Origin: Haliotis rubra
Lineage: Eukaryota
Direction: 5' to 3'
NCBI RefSeq assembly: GCF_003918875.1
Contig: NW_025765657.1
Coordinates: 1-64,000, forward strand
Length of the DNA: 64,000 nucleotides
Below the pieces are notes generated by a model. The model searched no databases, had not been told where the DNA came from, and was given only the letters and a program-made list of their open reading frames with translations. Positions 1 through 13,660 of the stretch are shown piece after piece. Every line of letters starts with the position of its first letter. Positions within the stretch are counted from its first letter, which is position 1. The translations under genes were made by a program, and so were the position numbers.

Positions 1-1380
1 ACACTTCTCCTACATAACGGAAGCTGACCGCTTGTCGGCATACATTCAACATCGTGAAAACTATCGACAGCCATGCCATGTGCTCATGGTTACAGTCTGA
101 CCTTTAGAAGCAACTGAAGCTGACCATTTGTGACACTACATTCACCACCACGCTGAAAATTATCAACGACCATTCCATGTACATGATTGCAGTCTGGCCT
201 TTGAAATTACAATAAAATCAACTTCTGGGGTCAGCGGACAGGCTAGCTTTGCGAGCACCAGGAAGTCACACGGGAATCTAAACATCAGCCCTCCAAGGTC
301 CGCACCAGCTGTCTGCTTGAACATATCTGTTCGCGTAAAGCGCGAAGTCATGGTGATACAAATGACGGCGGTAAATGCCTTCAAAATGGTGGTCAGTTTT
401 AATGACTGGATGGAGGTGCTTTTAATAAACATAACAGCTTATACTATTTCACTTAATCTGGCTGTCACATGTCTCTTCAGTTACATTGCTCGGCGAGCAA
501 GCGGTTCTGTCTTCTGGTAGTAGTGGTGCATAGACTGCACTCCATTCACGCACGCAATAATCATATGCGGGCCCACCAGTGGTTTTGTTGCTAGCAGCTA
601 CAGTGTTTAGTGCAGATTATGGCAAAATAAATACTCAGAACTTCGAGGTTGTTCCTTGTGTGCCGTCACCAATGGCGTATTTTAAACTGGCTAGTGATGA
701 TACCTTTGATTTAACAAAATGCGCTCTGATATTTTCACAGCTTTTGACCTAATAATGTAACTAATTTCCCCTCATATGCATTGTGAAATATTAATTCTGC
801 GTTTGAAAAGAGATTTTGTTATTAGTGAACCTCGAGTCGGCAAACTCATAAAATAATTGAATAATAATCACAGACAATCAGGTCAACCTGAGAGGTCACA
901 CACACCTGGGTTGGAAGGAGACTCCCAAAGGGGGCTTAAGGGTTCAACAGTCGATTAGGTCACACAAAGGTCACACATATGTGACGTCTATAAAATAGCC
1001 GACAAAATGCCCTCCACACACACACCCTTACAACAAGTATTATTTTACAATATTCCTCACAACCACACTGACATACTATAACAAATACTATGCTTGAAAG
1101 AATATTTAGGAAAACATTATCGAAATCATGTAATAAAAGATAGTAGGATTGCTATAATATTTTGGTACTGCATGGTAATGATATAGAATACCATTATTTT
1201 GTTCGATGTTTTGCAACATTTTCAGTTCCTGGTTAATTTTTAGCTTTCGCTAATATTCAGATTGGAATAAAAAACAATTAGACTCCTTTAAGTAATGAAC
1301 ACAAAAGATTATATGATTTGCTTTTCATCAAAAAGTTTCATGGAATCCCATAAGCTGTTGACTACGTAACATATACTTAC

Positions 1381-4300
1381 TATTCTTCTCTGAATGCAAA
1401 ATGTTAAAGCGATGAACAACCAGAGAGATGTGAAAAACACTGGAAACATCATTATTAGCCCATATCGCTCTTTCGAATGTGATTACCATCACCCCAGGAT
1501 TAAAGTAGCGATTCCCGCTAGAGGAGGATCGTGAGGTTGGCACACAACATGCTCCGTTGTCTGAAGGACTGCACACCAACAGATCGAATGATGTCCATCG
1601 ATTAGCAAACTCATCTGGTGGCACCTGCACAGAGCGTAGCCCAAGAAGGAACAAGTAAATGCCCAGATGAATAAAGTGTGGCTCTACGTAGAATATATCT
1701 AAACGTGCATATTTTGAAAAGAAGTGCTTTGATTACGCCTTACAAAGGGATAAACAATGTGAATGTGTTGCCCGGAACACTACAGATATCCTTCACTGTG
1801 TTTATCCATGGGATATGAAAACCTATGAGTCCTGATCGGCAATATAAACACCCATCACAATAGAAAAACACATCTGAACACCTGGTCTCCGGTAGATACC
1901 TGACTCTCATCAACATACACACACCAGGATGCTGGGTGTCGGCAACATACGCACCTGGATGCAGATTGTCAGCAGCATACACACACCATGATACTGGGTG
2001 TCGCAACAAACAAACACCTGGATGCTGGGTGTCAGCAACATATACACACCTGGATGCTGGGTGTGGTCGGCATCATACACACCTGGATGCTGGGTTGTCG
2101 GCAGCATATACTGGCTGGATATTGGTGTCAGCAGCATACGCACACCTGGATGCTGGGTGTCGGCAACAAACAAACACTTACCTGGATGCTGGGTGTCGGC
2201 ATACGCAACTGGATGCTGGTGTCGCCAGCAAGCAAGCGCACCGGATGCTGGGTGTCAGAGCATGCACACAACTGGATGCTGGTGTCGGCAGCATACGCGG
2301 ATGCTGGGTGTCGGCAGCAGACGCACGCACACCGGATTGCTGGGTGTCGGCAACAGACACACCTGGATGCTGGGTGTCGGCATGCACCTGGATGCGGGTC
2401 GGCAGCGAACACACCTGGATGCTGCAGATTGTCGGCAACATACGCACCGGATTGCTGGTGTCATGCAGTCACTGGCTGGATTGCTGAGATTGTCGGCAAC
2501 ATGCACACCGCGATGCTTGGTGTCGCGGCAAAACACGCACCGGATTGCTGGGTGTCAGCAACATACACACACCTGGATGCTGGGTGTCGGCAACGAACAC
2601 ACCTGGATACTGGGTGTCAGCAACATGCACAACTGGATACTGGTTGTCCGGCAACTTATACACACCATGATAGCAGTTGTCAGCAACAAACACACACCTG
2701 GATGCTACGGGTGTCGGCAGCATGCACACACCTGGATACTGGGTATCCAGCAACATACACACGCCTGGATACTGGGTGTCAGCAACATACACACCTGGAT
2801 ACTGGGTGTCGGCAACATACACACCTGGATACTGGGTGTCAGCAACAAACACATACCTGATACCGGTCGTCAGCAACATACACACACCTGGATACCTGGT
2901 ATCAGCAACAAACACACACCTGGATACTGGGTGTCAGGAACAAACACACACCTGCATATCTGGTATCAGCAACAAACACACCTGGATACCTGGTATCAGC
3001 AACAAACACACACCTGGATACTGGGTCTTAGCAACAAACACACACCTGTATACCTGGTATCAGCAACAACCCTAGATACTGGGTGTCGGCAACATACACA
3101 CACCCTGAATACTGGGTGTCAGGAACTACACCTGGATTCTGGGTGTAGCAGCAAACACACCTGGATACCGGGCCTCAGCAACAAAAGAAACACCTCTGTA
3201 TAACGGGTCTCAGCAACAAACACACACCTGTATAACCGGTCTCTCAGCAACAAACGCACACCTGTATAACCGGCATCAACAACAAACACCAACTGATACT
3301 GCATCTCAGGAACAAAAACACAACTGGATACAGGGTCTCAGCAACATACACACCTGATACAGAGTCTCAGCAACAAGCAGACACCTGAATACCACAGGTA
3401 TTAACAACAACACCTGGTCACGGTGTCAACTAACATCTACCCACCTAAATGCTGGGTGTCAGGAGCACACACACACCTGGATACTGGGTGTAAGCAACAA
3501 ACACACACCTGGATACCGGGCCTCAGCAACAAAAACACCTCTGTATAACGGGTCTCAGCAACAAAACCTGTATAACCGGTCTCGCTTAACAAACACACCT
3601 GTATAACCGGTCCCAGCAACAAACACATGCACTAGACATAAAGAAGCGTTATCCACCTACGCTTTGAATTGAAAGTACCAAAGATTTTTGAAGGGTTTTG
3701 GTTTACCAATGAAAGCAATAACACAGCTTTATGCAAATCACGAAAATAAATTCTCAAATGCATTCTAAAGTATTTGGGTGAAATGCATCTTTTCCCAGAA
3801 GAGTTTGGTGTCTATATTCGTCCATGCCGAATTAAACCGAATTATAGTGATGTTGATGTCCAAAGGTTGAAATTAAATTCTGCTTTGGGACAATGATAGA
3901 GCCATTTAAGTCACCATTTTTCAACGCTATTAAAACAAGAAGCAACTGTTGTAGAGTTTTCTTTTGTAGAGATTTGTAAAATAATCATTGCTATGATTTT
4001 TGTCTTTTAAAACGTTTTCTGCTTTGTTTGCATTGGTGAAAACAAGTGGAAGCCTGTCTTTGATATTGGCGAAAACATGTTTGAACATCTACAATTATCT
4101 TTGTTGCTGTTTTTGCTTGCAGGCTAACGTTTTCTGTTCCGTTTTACGCAGTATCAATCCTTGGAAGCGGCAATATTCAGGCAATTGTTGCATCCGTTTC
4201 ACATGGAATGGTTGTATGGGGTATAAAGGCCTAGAAGACATGATCTGATGCACAGGTGCGAGGAAATGTGCTATTAACGGCTGAGGGAAGGGGTCAATGG

Positions 4301-7300
4301 GATTGGTGCGGATGGGATGGGCATGCGTGCTGTTGCCAGCCATCGGATGCCGTTATCTGGTTAAGGAGCGTGTTTGGGGCTTCAGACGGGCTGGGATCAC
4401 CGTAGACAGACCAGAAATTGGACGTCCGCATCCACAACGCCAGCTGAATGGGGTACCTCCGTCATTAAGGAAGGAGAATCAACGTTTCTTTGGCGTTTAG
4501 TATCACCTGTATATCTCTCGTATCGGCAACAAACACACACCTGGATATATGGTATCGGCAACAAATACAGACCTGATGCTGGGTCTCAGCAACATAAACA
4601 ATCCTGGATGTTGAGCTGAGCAGCATGCACGTACCTTGTAGCGCTGGTATATCAGAAAGATGCAACACTTGAACACCCGTATCAGTAACAAAACATACAG
4701 ACACTATGCCAGTAACGGCTCGGGTATAAGGGTCCTCAACTGTTCTCCCAAAGGGACACTTGAAGTTGGAAGATAGCTCAACCAACGCATCCATATTTCC
4801 TAGAGACAAACAATTTAGTGAAGTGATCTTCTCTATCAGAATAACACCACTATCGCCTCAGCTACTTTCAACGTATAATGACAGCTGGACCGCGCGTGCA
4901 TGTAGGATTCATGTACAGTTTTCCACAGAAGTTATTGGGAAAATCTTTTATAGTAATGCACAATAACAGGTTAAAAAGGTGTTACATTTATGCTATACAG
5001 GTGCTCCGGTAGCGGGAGGTATCGCGAAGGCTTGATGAGTGAGACCTTACTAAATCAACAGATATATACCTAGTGTGGCAGGCAACAGCTGCTTGTTGAC
5101 ATGTAAGGTCTGACAGCAAAAGTAGGCAAAGAAACTCGTTCTAGTTTGGTTTTGAAAGGGATAAGACAATGCAAAAGAGTTAAAAGCTGGTAGACACTGA
5201 AGCATTCCCTCGGTCTACAATATATACTGAGAACTTTGAAGAATATTCAGTCAGGAGTTAGGAGTTAGAGCACAAGACAGGGCTGGAAAGGCCAATAAGT
5301 TTAAGTAAGTACCTGTGAAATATCGTAATAAAATTTACAAAATATGTTTAGTTAAACATTGGTGCCAAAGAGGAATAACTCGTTTTTCTTTAGCAGTATG
5401 CAAGAGCATAAAGAGGGAATAACTCTCGAGAGTTTGTGAAGGACAACGAAAGGTTGTAATGGTTTTCTGAAATAAAAGGTATAACTACACACAACTGCAC
5501 TGTATACGGATCGCCTGCAAAGATTTACCTCTAAAATAATAAGGTCATCTATTGCGTAGAACAAGGCGCTGACACGGTTGAATTGCGATGAATAAATGAA
5601 CGTAAACTCATTATGAGCAGTGAGGTGTAAGTGTCTCCGAAAGAATGTCAGGCTTAAGCGCGCTGACAGGTGCCATCAGTTCGACATGTTTTGGAAGGTA
5701 CATGTCGTTTGTAAACTGTGGGAAATGAAAACAAAGAAAATTGGTGAGTTACCACTACAAATTCAGGCAGGGATTTTGGCTCGGAATCGAAATCCACGAT
5801 TTCGAGCTTCCGAAACCAAGCTAGCTCAAAGTGCAGCTTCGACTTTTGTTGCTGTATGTCTTGTTCCAGTGGAGTGGAAATCTATTGGCGAAAATATGTG
5901 CATACTTCAACTGGGATAAATGCAGTGAGGCATTGTTGGATTCAGCCCTGGAAACGACTTGGTGTGTTGACCTCGTTACATCCCTTTCCTTTTTATATGG
6001 TACTATGACCCCACGATGGTGACGGTGATTACCACCTTGACGGCAGTTTTAAGCGATTACAAGCCTGTAAATTCCCTCACAATCGATGAAAGAAAAGAAA
6101 AGGAATGTTTAAACTAATTGTGAGTGCTCCTGCGAGAAATCAAAGGGTAGGAATCCATGTTTTTGTTTTTTGATGAGAAAGATTCATGTCTGTGGCTTTC
6201 CGAACTGTGTGAGATTTGGACAAAGATGCCGTGAGAGCCGATCTGCATAACACCAAGAGCATGTCGAGGAATTTAACCGGTGGGTTGGGATGTCGCATTG
6301 AATTGGCCTTGGATTTGTTATTGTTTTCGTTGGAGTTTGACGAGAGACGATATGTTGAACATCTTGAAGTGATCCGCTCCTTCCGGCGGTGAGATACTGT
6401 ATGAAGGTGAATTGGATTTAAGATTTTGATAATGCGGGCAGCACAAAACAGTGGTTGTGGCACGAGAATGAGTGTTCCAAATTTTAAACTGGCCCAGCTA
6501 CAAGCACAGATCTTGCCCTTCAATGAGAATGTGCGGGGACTAATGAAGAGGGCAGAATAAACCAAAGAGGACTTAGACATGTTGAGATGAACAGAGAAGT
6601 GGTCGAATATCGGGGATGCAGCTGTCACGCAATTTCATACCAAACTTTCATGGGTATGTCATGTATTGCATGGAAAGGAGGTCCTCACAAACTACTGAAA
6701 AGACACTTAGACTGTAAGAGGAATCATATCCTCAAAATATTCGCTTGAGTAAAGGCGACTATAGTTTACATGCGTATATTAGATATTTGCCAAAACAACT
6801 TTATCGATATTTCCTGGGAATACTATGAACAGCTTCAAGGTTCGTTGATTTTTAATGTACGATGAAAATGTATCAACAATATCATTTATCAGTAACTGAG
6901 TACACATTTAGCATACGTCGGATTAGTATCATTCATTAGGACAAGTACATTATGCCTTACCGTTATAAAGGCTGCCCTTACCGTGACGAGGCTCGATTCT
7001 CAATTCTTTTGTACCCGTCAGGTCTACCGCGTGCGGTCCTCTAAAATGGTATATAGGTTCAGGTTCCAGTAAATTTAAGTAATTTCCGCGACATATTCCA
7101 TAAAAAGTATACAGATTGAGATGATATGAGAAATAAGATTTTATCCATTTCTTTTGAGCAAAATGTCCAATTGCTATTTAATTGAACAAATATAGTGATT
7201 TATTTGTATTGGGGAAGATAATATTATGGAGATGCCAATAGTATTTAGATCAGCGAGTATCAACTAAAGAGTGGTTTAAGATTTCAGGATCAAGGAAACA

Positions 7301-9229
7301 CACAGCACAGAAACTATAGGCCCCAATGAACCGCTGCCACCAGTCACGCCAAGCCAGGAGTTGCGTCAATGCTTGGGGTGAGGAGTCTTGATACTGTCGG
7401 GTACAAAGCAACGCTTCCGCCATCACTTTCCCCACCAGCAACTGGCTCTCCTCCATACTCAGGATCATCCCCATCTCAATCTCAAACATGCACCAGTGAT
7501 GGCTCTGAATGAAGTCCTGGAGACAACTTGCCAACACAAATCTTCTCAGACAGTCGGATGTGTTCAGTGATGTTTTCAATATTCTGCTACCTCCGTGAAA
7601 GTCTCTCCTCGTGCATGCTGCATCTACCGAAGCCCATCTCTGCTTGACTCGGGCGTCTGGTGACCTCCTCCACCCACTCTCTGTCGGAGATTTCATAGGA
7701 GAAGACGTGGGTACCTCTTTCCTTGAAGGCGGAGGGACGGCACTTGTCCGTGTGTGATTGGATGTTCGGATTAGTCACGCGTTTATTATCTCACCGGATA
7801 AGGAGGCTGGGTTAATGCGTCTCCTGTGCCTGTAGGTGAGTGGGTAGAGTGAGTGAGTGGGGTGAGTAAAAAGGCAGTGTGTAGCGTGGGCAATCAGAAC
7901 CCTCACTCTTTGCGCTTACTAACACTGTGATGCCCACCGCCATGTTTATTGCCGGTGGGGTCATTATTGAGTCATCTTAAGAAGAAGATCACTAAAAGGT
8001 TGGTTTAACGCTGAACCGAACAAGCTTTATAACGGTCCTGCTTCATATGGTGAACGTCGGCAGAAGCAATCTAGGGTCTGAACCAGTGATCAAATGTTTC
8101 TGTCAGCAGCCCGGCATATCTTTTACCCATCAAAAGAAAAATTCAAATCACCCTATGTGTAATAAAGAGTTCATTGAAGATCCTGTTCGAAATGTGTTAT
8201 TCAACTTATACTAAGTACGTCAGTTGCATGCTTGGAGACTGCTGTCTTTGCATCTCGATTGGGACAGTTGGCATGCACGGCCTGTGGTTATTTTTCGAGA
8301 TTTTGAGATATGTTTCGTTCTTTTTGGACTGACTGACTGACTGAGTTTGGTTTTGCATACGCTTTTGGCAATATTCCGGTAACATCACGGGGACGCCGAA
8401 ATGGGCTTCACGCATTTGTGCCCGTGGTAGAGTCGAACCCGGGGCTTCGGCGTGACAGGCAACCTTTAACCACTAGGCTACCCCACCGCCCTCTTTTGCG
8501 AAGCATTTATTCCCTTGTGTTTTATTTCGCAGTACTCACCATTGAACGCCTGGTACATCGACATTTTGATACTGGTTAATAATAGCACATGATAGTCGAC
8601 TCTGTCTTTGTTGGAAATTTCCTACTTTATGGAAAATCAATCTTGTATTATTCCCCGAAGCGCATTATATGCCTTCATAAACGAAATATGCATGTAGAAA
8701 CTACATTTACCGCTGCCCATATCCCGGTATAGGATGTCTAACGATCTTTACCTGCTCTAAAAGATGGAACAGGTCTAGAGTGCATGTTTTCGATACTGGC
8801 AGAAGGTAGCGAAGTGGCCATCGTGACAAGTGGAAGTAAATACGCTGTCAAGGTCACTGAGATCCTGAGTTACTGTAATGTTGATGCTGAACGAATGGGG
8901 TTACGTCTTGGGATGTCCAAAGGAACTGGATCAGCAGTCGTCGCATCAGGAGAAAAACGACTTTTCTCACAGTTGGTTCGTGTTCTTCTTCCATTATTTT
9001 CTTTCCAATCTGTCGATCTGGACATTCGTGCTGAGGAGCAATGCTCATCCCTGAGTCGATACCCGTCGTTGCTTGATGTCATCACCGGGGCCTCTAACAT
9101 CAACACCACATCCAGCCTAGATTCATCCGAGAGATGGACCCCGAAGAGGCTGTGGAAGAGGGTGATACGGGGATTCTTCGGGATGGATCCATCCTCTGGT
9201 TCTGATAGCGGAGAGGGTAAAGTGTCCAT
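1381..9229 (-). pseudogene. Copy A of the TIR-TM gene, exons 1-4, frameshifted as given (pseudogene or consensus errors); continues off the window start
   Basis: Mirror exons ~8752-9229, ~7304-7829, 4699-4799, 1381-1624. TIR peptides (YEISDREWVEEVTRR, ERDFHGG, WCMFEIEMGMILSMEESQLLV) are split across frames by many small indels. Confidence 0.75.
1905..3630. repeat. 31-32 bp minisatellite array (mirror copy, ~1.7 kb)
   Basis: Unit ~CAACATACACACACCTGGATACTGGGTGTCAG; explains the repetitive ORFs at 1740-3628. Confidence 0.97.
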
Positions 9230-12200
9230 CGTGTCTGAAGGAGAGAACCAGTCTTATTTACTGTTGGCCAGAATCAATTTAATTTCTAGAAAAGTAAACG
9301 AAATTTAGTCTTATTCCATAACCATCTAATGTCCTTCATTATTTACTTTTTGTGAATGTATTGACTGTTGTTTCATACCTCCATTTTATCGTTAAATAAT
9401 CAAGATTTCATACAGCAATAATACGAAGCTTAACAAAGGTTAGGAGGATTTTTGATTGAATAGCCTCCCTTCTAGTTTACAGAAATACACACACAAAAAA
9501 CGATCCACGTGGTACCGAAAAGAGGCTAATTTTGTACTTTCGTTCTAATAACATTGACCTTCATTCTCGGCCAATACCCTACAGAAAAGCAGAACAGCAA
9601 GCATAGGCAATTATCATAAAGTCAACACTTGGCAACATCGTCTTTCAAATCAATTTCTTTCAAGCAACATATTCCCCTCATACCCGTGGTTAGAAATGAC
9701 TATTCAGGGTACAGGATATTGCTTGCGATGTCATAAATATAAGTCGCTTCAAAATATGGGGTCCCTTGATAAATTTCACTCATTTCGGGTATATATAGCG
9801 GTATAAACTTCACCAATAATGGTGCCGCAAATGGTGGCTTGATGTTTCAGAATTGAACTGTCGATACGTTGATATAAAGTTTCCTCATGGAACGGATGAC
9901 AAGCTTGATTAAACATTAGAGGCAAATGTGTTTACCCAATTAAAGAAGTGGCGAAACGGTTCTTTCGTATGATAGTATTTTTCAGTTTTCGCATGTTGCC
10001 TTGGCATCATTGGTCCCTCTGGAACAATTAAGGTAATTTTACCCGAAGTATGGTTTTCAGATTTAACATATATCATTTTGAAAATCATATGCAAAGGAAG
10101 CAAAAGTCGGCGCATCCCATCTAGATCAGCAAAATGCCTGTTCAACAGTAACAGCTCCGTGCTTTACATCAAAGTATCAACAAATACTTCAAATATATCT
10201 GGAATGCTGTTGAACTATCATTAAAATCACAATATAACAAAAAGCTCTTAAGGGTATGGTGGAAATAACTTACCAAAAGCGAAAACGAATCATATGTTGA
10301 GGTATGAAAAAAGAATAATAAATTTTCCATGTCATTAAAATGCTTCAAAGTGCTCATCGAAAGATTGAGTCCGTCCTGTCACCATAATGCAGTATCATTT
10401 CTACATATAATTTGTTATCTCTTTTTCTTGCTTGATAGAGTGCGTTTCCGGCTGACGTGTCGGTGAATGTCACTAAGTTCAAAATCGCAGTATGTTTGCG
10501 GGTCTACACCCACATGCAGAAGTACACCACAGGTTCAGCCTCTTACTTCACCTTCCTGTTCTGTTGACTTTTGGTGAAGAAGGCCCTCGGAGTGCTGGAG
10601 GTCCATCAGTAAAGACAGGTTTGCATAAATTGTCCCACCCATATACATGGCATGGTGACAAATTTTACTATTCTTCTGATTCTTTAGAACTGTAGGTAGT
10701 GAAAAGTATTAAACAGGCCTCATCAGAAACTTTAAATCTCAAATATTTATCGAATATATTTTTAAAATCTTTAATCCTCGCAAAAGTACGAGCATGACGA
10801 GGGCCTGTGGCTATGGGCAGTCTGTTCCTGGGTGTCTTTCGACACTGAGTAACACAACAGACCAGGGAACCAGGCTGGACCCAGATTTGACAAAACCACT
10901 CGTACAGAGTCATGGAAGACTACCAACCAAATCGTGCAACAACCTTAATACCTAAAAAATAGATCTTGGGCTGCTCCCAAAGTGAAAGAGTGCTGTAAGA
11001 GTGAACAAACAACCGACACAAAGATATTTGAATATTTATTTATGTGTACGATATCAGGCATATGTATGGTATTTACCATCCGGACTAGAATCGTCTCTGA
11101 GAGAATGCCTAGTACACCAGAATTTTGAGCAGATACTCTGCTCTCAGTAAATCTCCACAAGAGCAGCGCCACAGTCGGCTAGCCATTCCGACGCTAGAAA
11201 CACCTCACAGTAATGCATACTATGCCAAACGGAATAATAGTTCAATAACAGACTAGGTTTACTAAAAGACGTCCTTCCTTTTAAAAATCATGAAAAAGTC
11301 AAAGGTTATTCCAGAATGTGTGATAAATAAATTATTAATTCCTTTCTTTACCATAAACAACATCATGTAATTAAGGTCCATGCTGATGTAAAACCAATCT
11401 ATTTAAAATCAGATCATATTCATTCATAAAGTGAAAAGTATGACATGTAATGAGTAATTGTATTTCGATATCAGATTAAATATATATACTCTACTGTGAT
11501 CTTTTAATTGTTGAGATTTACGCTGAATTAACCTGCAAAGTTAAAATGAAATAGAAAAGTACAAATAACTACCTCTTACATCTATTGGGCTTCGGATGTG
11601 TGTCAACTGACATTCGGAGTAAGTGGACCAATGAAGCGAAATAGACACATGACATAGCAATCTATTGGTTTATGAAGACACAGTCCCTGAAGCATTAACT
11701 TGACGAAGAAGAGAATCCTGCAATGGCACTGCGAGTTGTTCGTGGCTGCCATTTTGATCGAAACGAAGCGGGATGCCAGACAGTCAGACCGGGTGGGTGT
11801 GCGCTCAGGGTGTAACGGCTGGTTTGTTGCAGATGCCCTCACGGCTGTTATTGTTGTTATGTATGAGATGTTGGGTTTTGTGTGCGTGCTGGTGCACGGT
11901 GGTATGTGTTTTGCAATCGGCAGACGAAGCATAGCATGTCATGTGTTCCAGAATTATCGCACTTGCCGCGCGATGTATTGGCAGTGCATAATGTGACAGA
12001 GACCGAGACTTCGGTTATGAAATCAATGCATTTTGTAGTTGTATGTAAGCTGATTGGTGTTAAGTTCAGATTGCGGGTGGTCGGTGATGGCAGCTATTGT
12101 GATTGAATATTGTGATGCCAGACGGGCGGGGAGACGCACCGGGTGTCGTAAAACAAGACGTGAGGTTTTGTCGCTGACAGCGGTATATCTGATATCACAG

Positions 12201-13488
12201 TTAGAAATTCTGTCAGCAGCTAAAATATTGACATTGCTCGGTATCGAACTGAAAGTGACTCATTGAAGGGCGATTATTGGTGTTATAGAGATGAGTGGGG
12301 TCTCGAGTTCGGCCAACGGATTTGAGGGTGAAGAGAAAGTGTAGTTATCTTCCGGTATACTTTGACTTGTAAAATGCAGTAGCTTATCGGATCACAAAAG
12401 GCAATGTGGTGAAGTTTCCGGGTATGCGGTCTGTAAATAATCGAGGTCTGGACCAGACGATCCGGTGATCAACAGCATGAGCATCGATCTGCGTATGCTT
12501 TTGGGATACGATGACGTAATGTCAACCAAGTCAGCGAGCCTGACTGCCCGATCCCCTTTAGTCTCCTGTTACGACAAGCATGGGTTGCTGGAAGACCAAT
12601 TCTAACCCCGGATATTGCAATGTTGCGGTGAGGTGAATGTGGAAGTCATTAAAAGTGTCTTCTTGATATTAATTATCTATATCAACACGAATAGATTAAA
12701 GTTACACAAACATCCGAGGCTTGCTGATGTTTTCACTTTTATTCAACGAGTGTTGATATAAGTGACTATCAGGAGACACAAGGAGTGAGATTTTATGTAT
12801 CATCGAAAGTCATTCTTCATCAGTTATCAGTAAAAGAATATGAATTTAACTGGAATACAAAACTGCCATTAGGCCTCTTCGAGCATTGATCTCAGCAAGG
12901 TTATTATAGAATTGTGACGTCATCAGCTTCATGACATCATAACATTGTGATGTCATCAACTCTCTGCGACGTCAATAGCATTGTCAACTGTGTTCTTTAG
13001 TGATGTCAAAGCTTTGTAGAGCATTAACTGATGATGTAATAGCATGTTGACAGTTCAATTATTTACGATATTCACAACATTGATACTACTTGTAGATAGC
13101 GCTTGTTAATACCCATAGAGACTAGGATACACAGAGTGATTATTTTTTGATAATCGCATATGTGGTTTTCAGTGATTCTCAACGTTTATTGGCAGCTAAG
13201 CAGAGAAGAAATATGATTGTTGACTGGAACTACTTTTCGTGATCGAAGTTCATTGACAACTTTTACCGTTTCCCCATTGATAATTAGGAACGTGCTGTAC
13301 CTTTCACACATTCCGAGATTAATGTAAAAGAAACATAAAAGGTTAAAGAATATGAATACTCTTTTATTAGACATTATTATTTCTGAAATAAAATTGCGTT
13401 ATAAATAGTAGTCTTTCTAAAAATAAATAACCTTTAAAAACCAACAACAATCAGTTTGCGTTGTAAACAAACATTATTGGCCGCCGAT

Positions 13489-13660
13489 AGGCTAACCCCG
13501 ATCAAGGCCCGAAAACGACCAGACCCTCTCTCTGACAATGGTGTACCAGTACATCAAATCACGCAAATTTCCGGGCACAAAAGTTTTCAATGAATGAAGC
13601 AGTTACTCTTCAATTAATGAGAAACAACATCAGTCCATCAATAAATTGTTGTCAAACCCT
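13489..13660 (+). pseudogene. Tyrosine recombinase C-terminal remnant (Crypton-like)
   Basis: Hand translation RLTPIKARKRPDPLSDNGVPVHQITQISGHKSFQ*MKQ/YSSINEKQHQSINKLLSN resembles the HSxRK...I.Q.SGHK...Y box II; contains a stop and a frameshift. Confidence 0.6.

Noticed and set aside
1740-3628. Long overlapping ORFs (up to 401 aa) with HTWILGV/TPGYWVSAT repeats, and their mirrors at 37023-39498
   Set aside because: Translations of a 31-32 bp minisatellite, open in several frames on both strands and lying in an intron.
8784-9308. 174-aa plus-strand ORF
   Set aside because: Antisense shadow of copy A exon 1.
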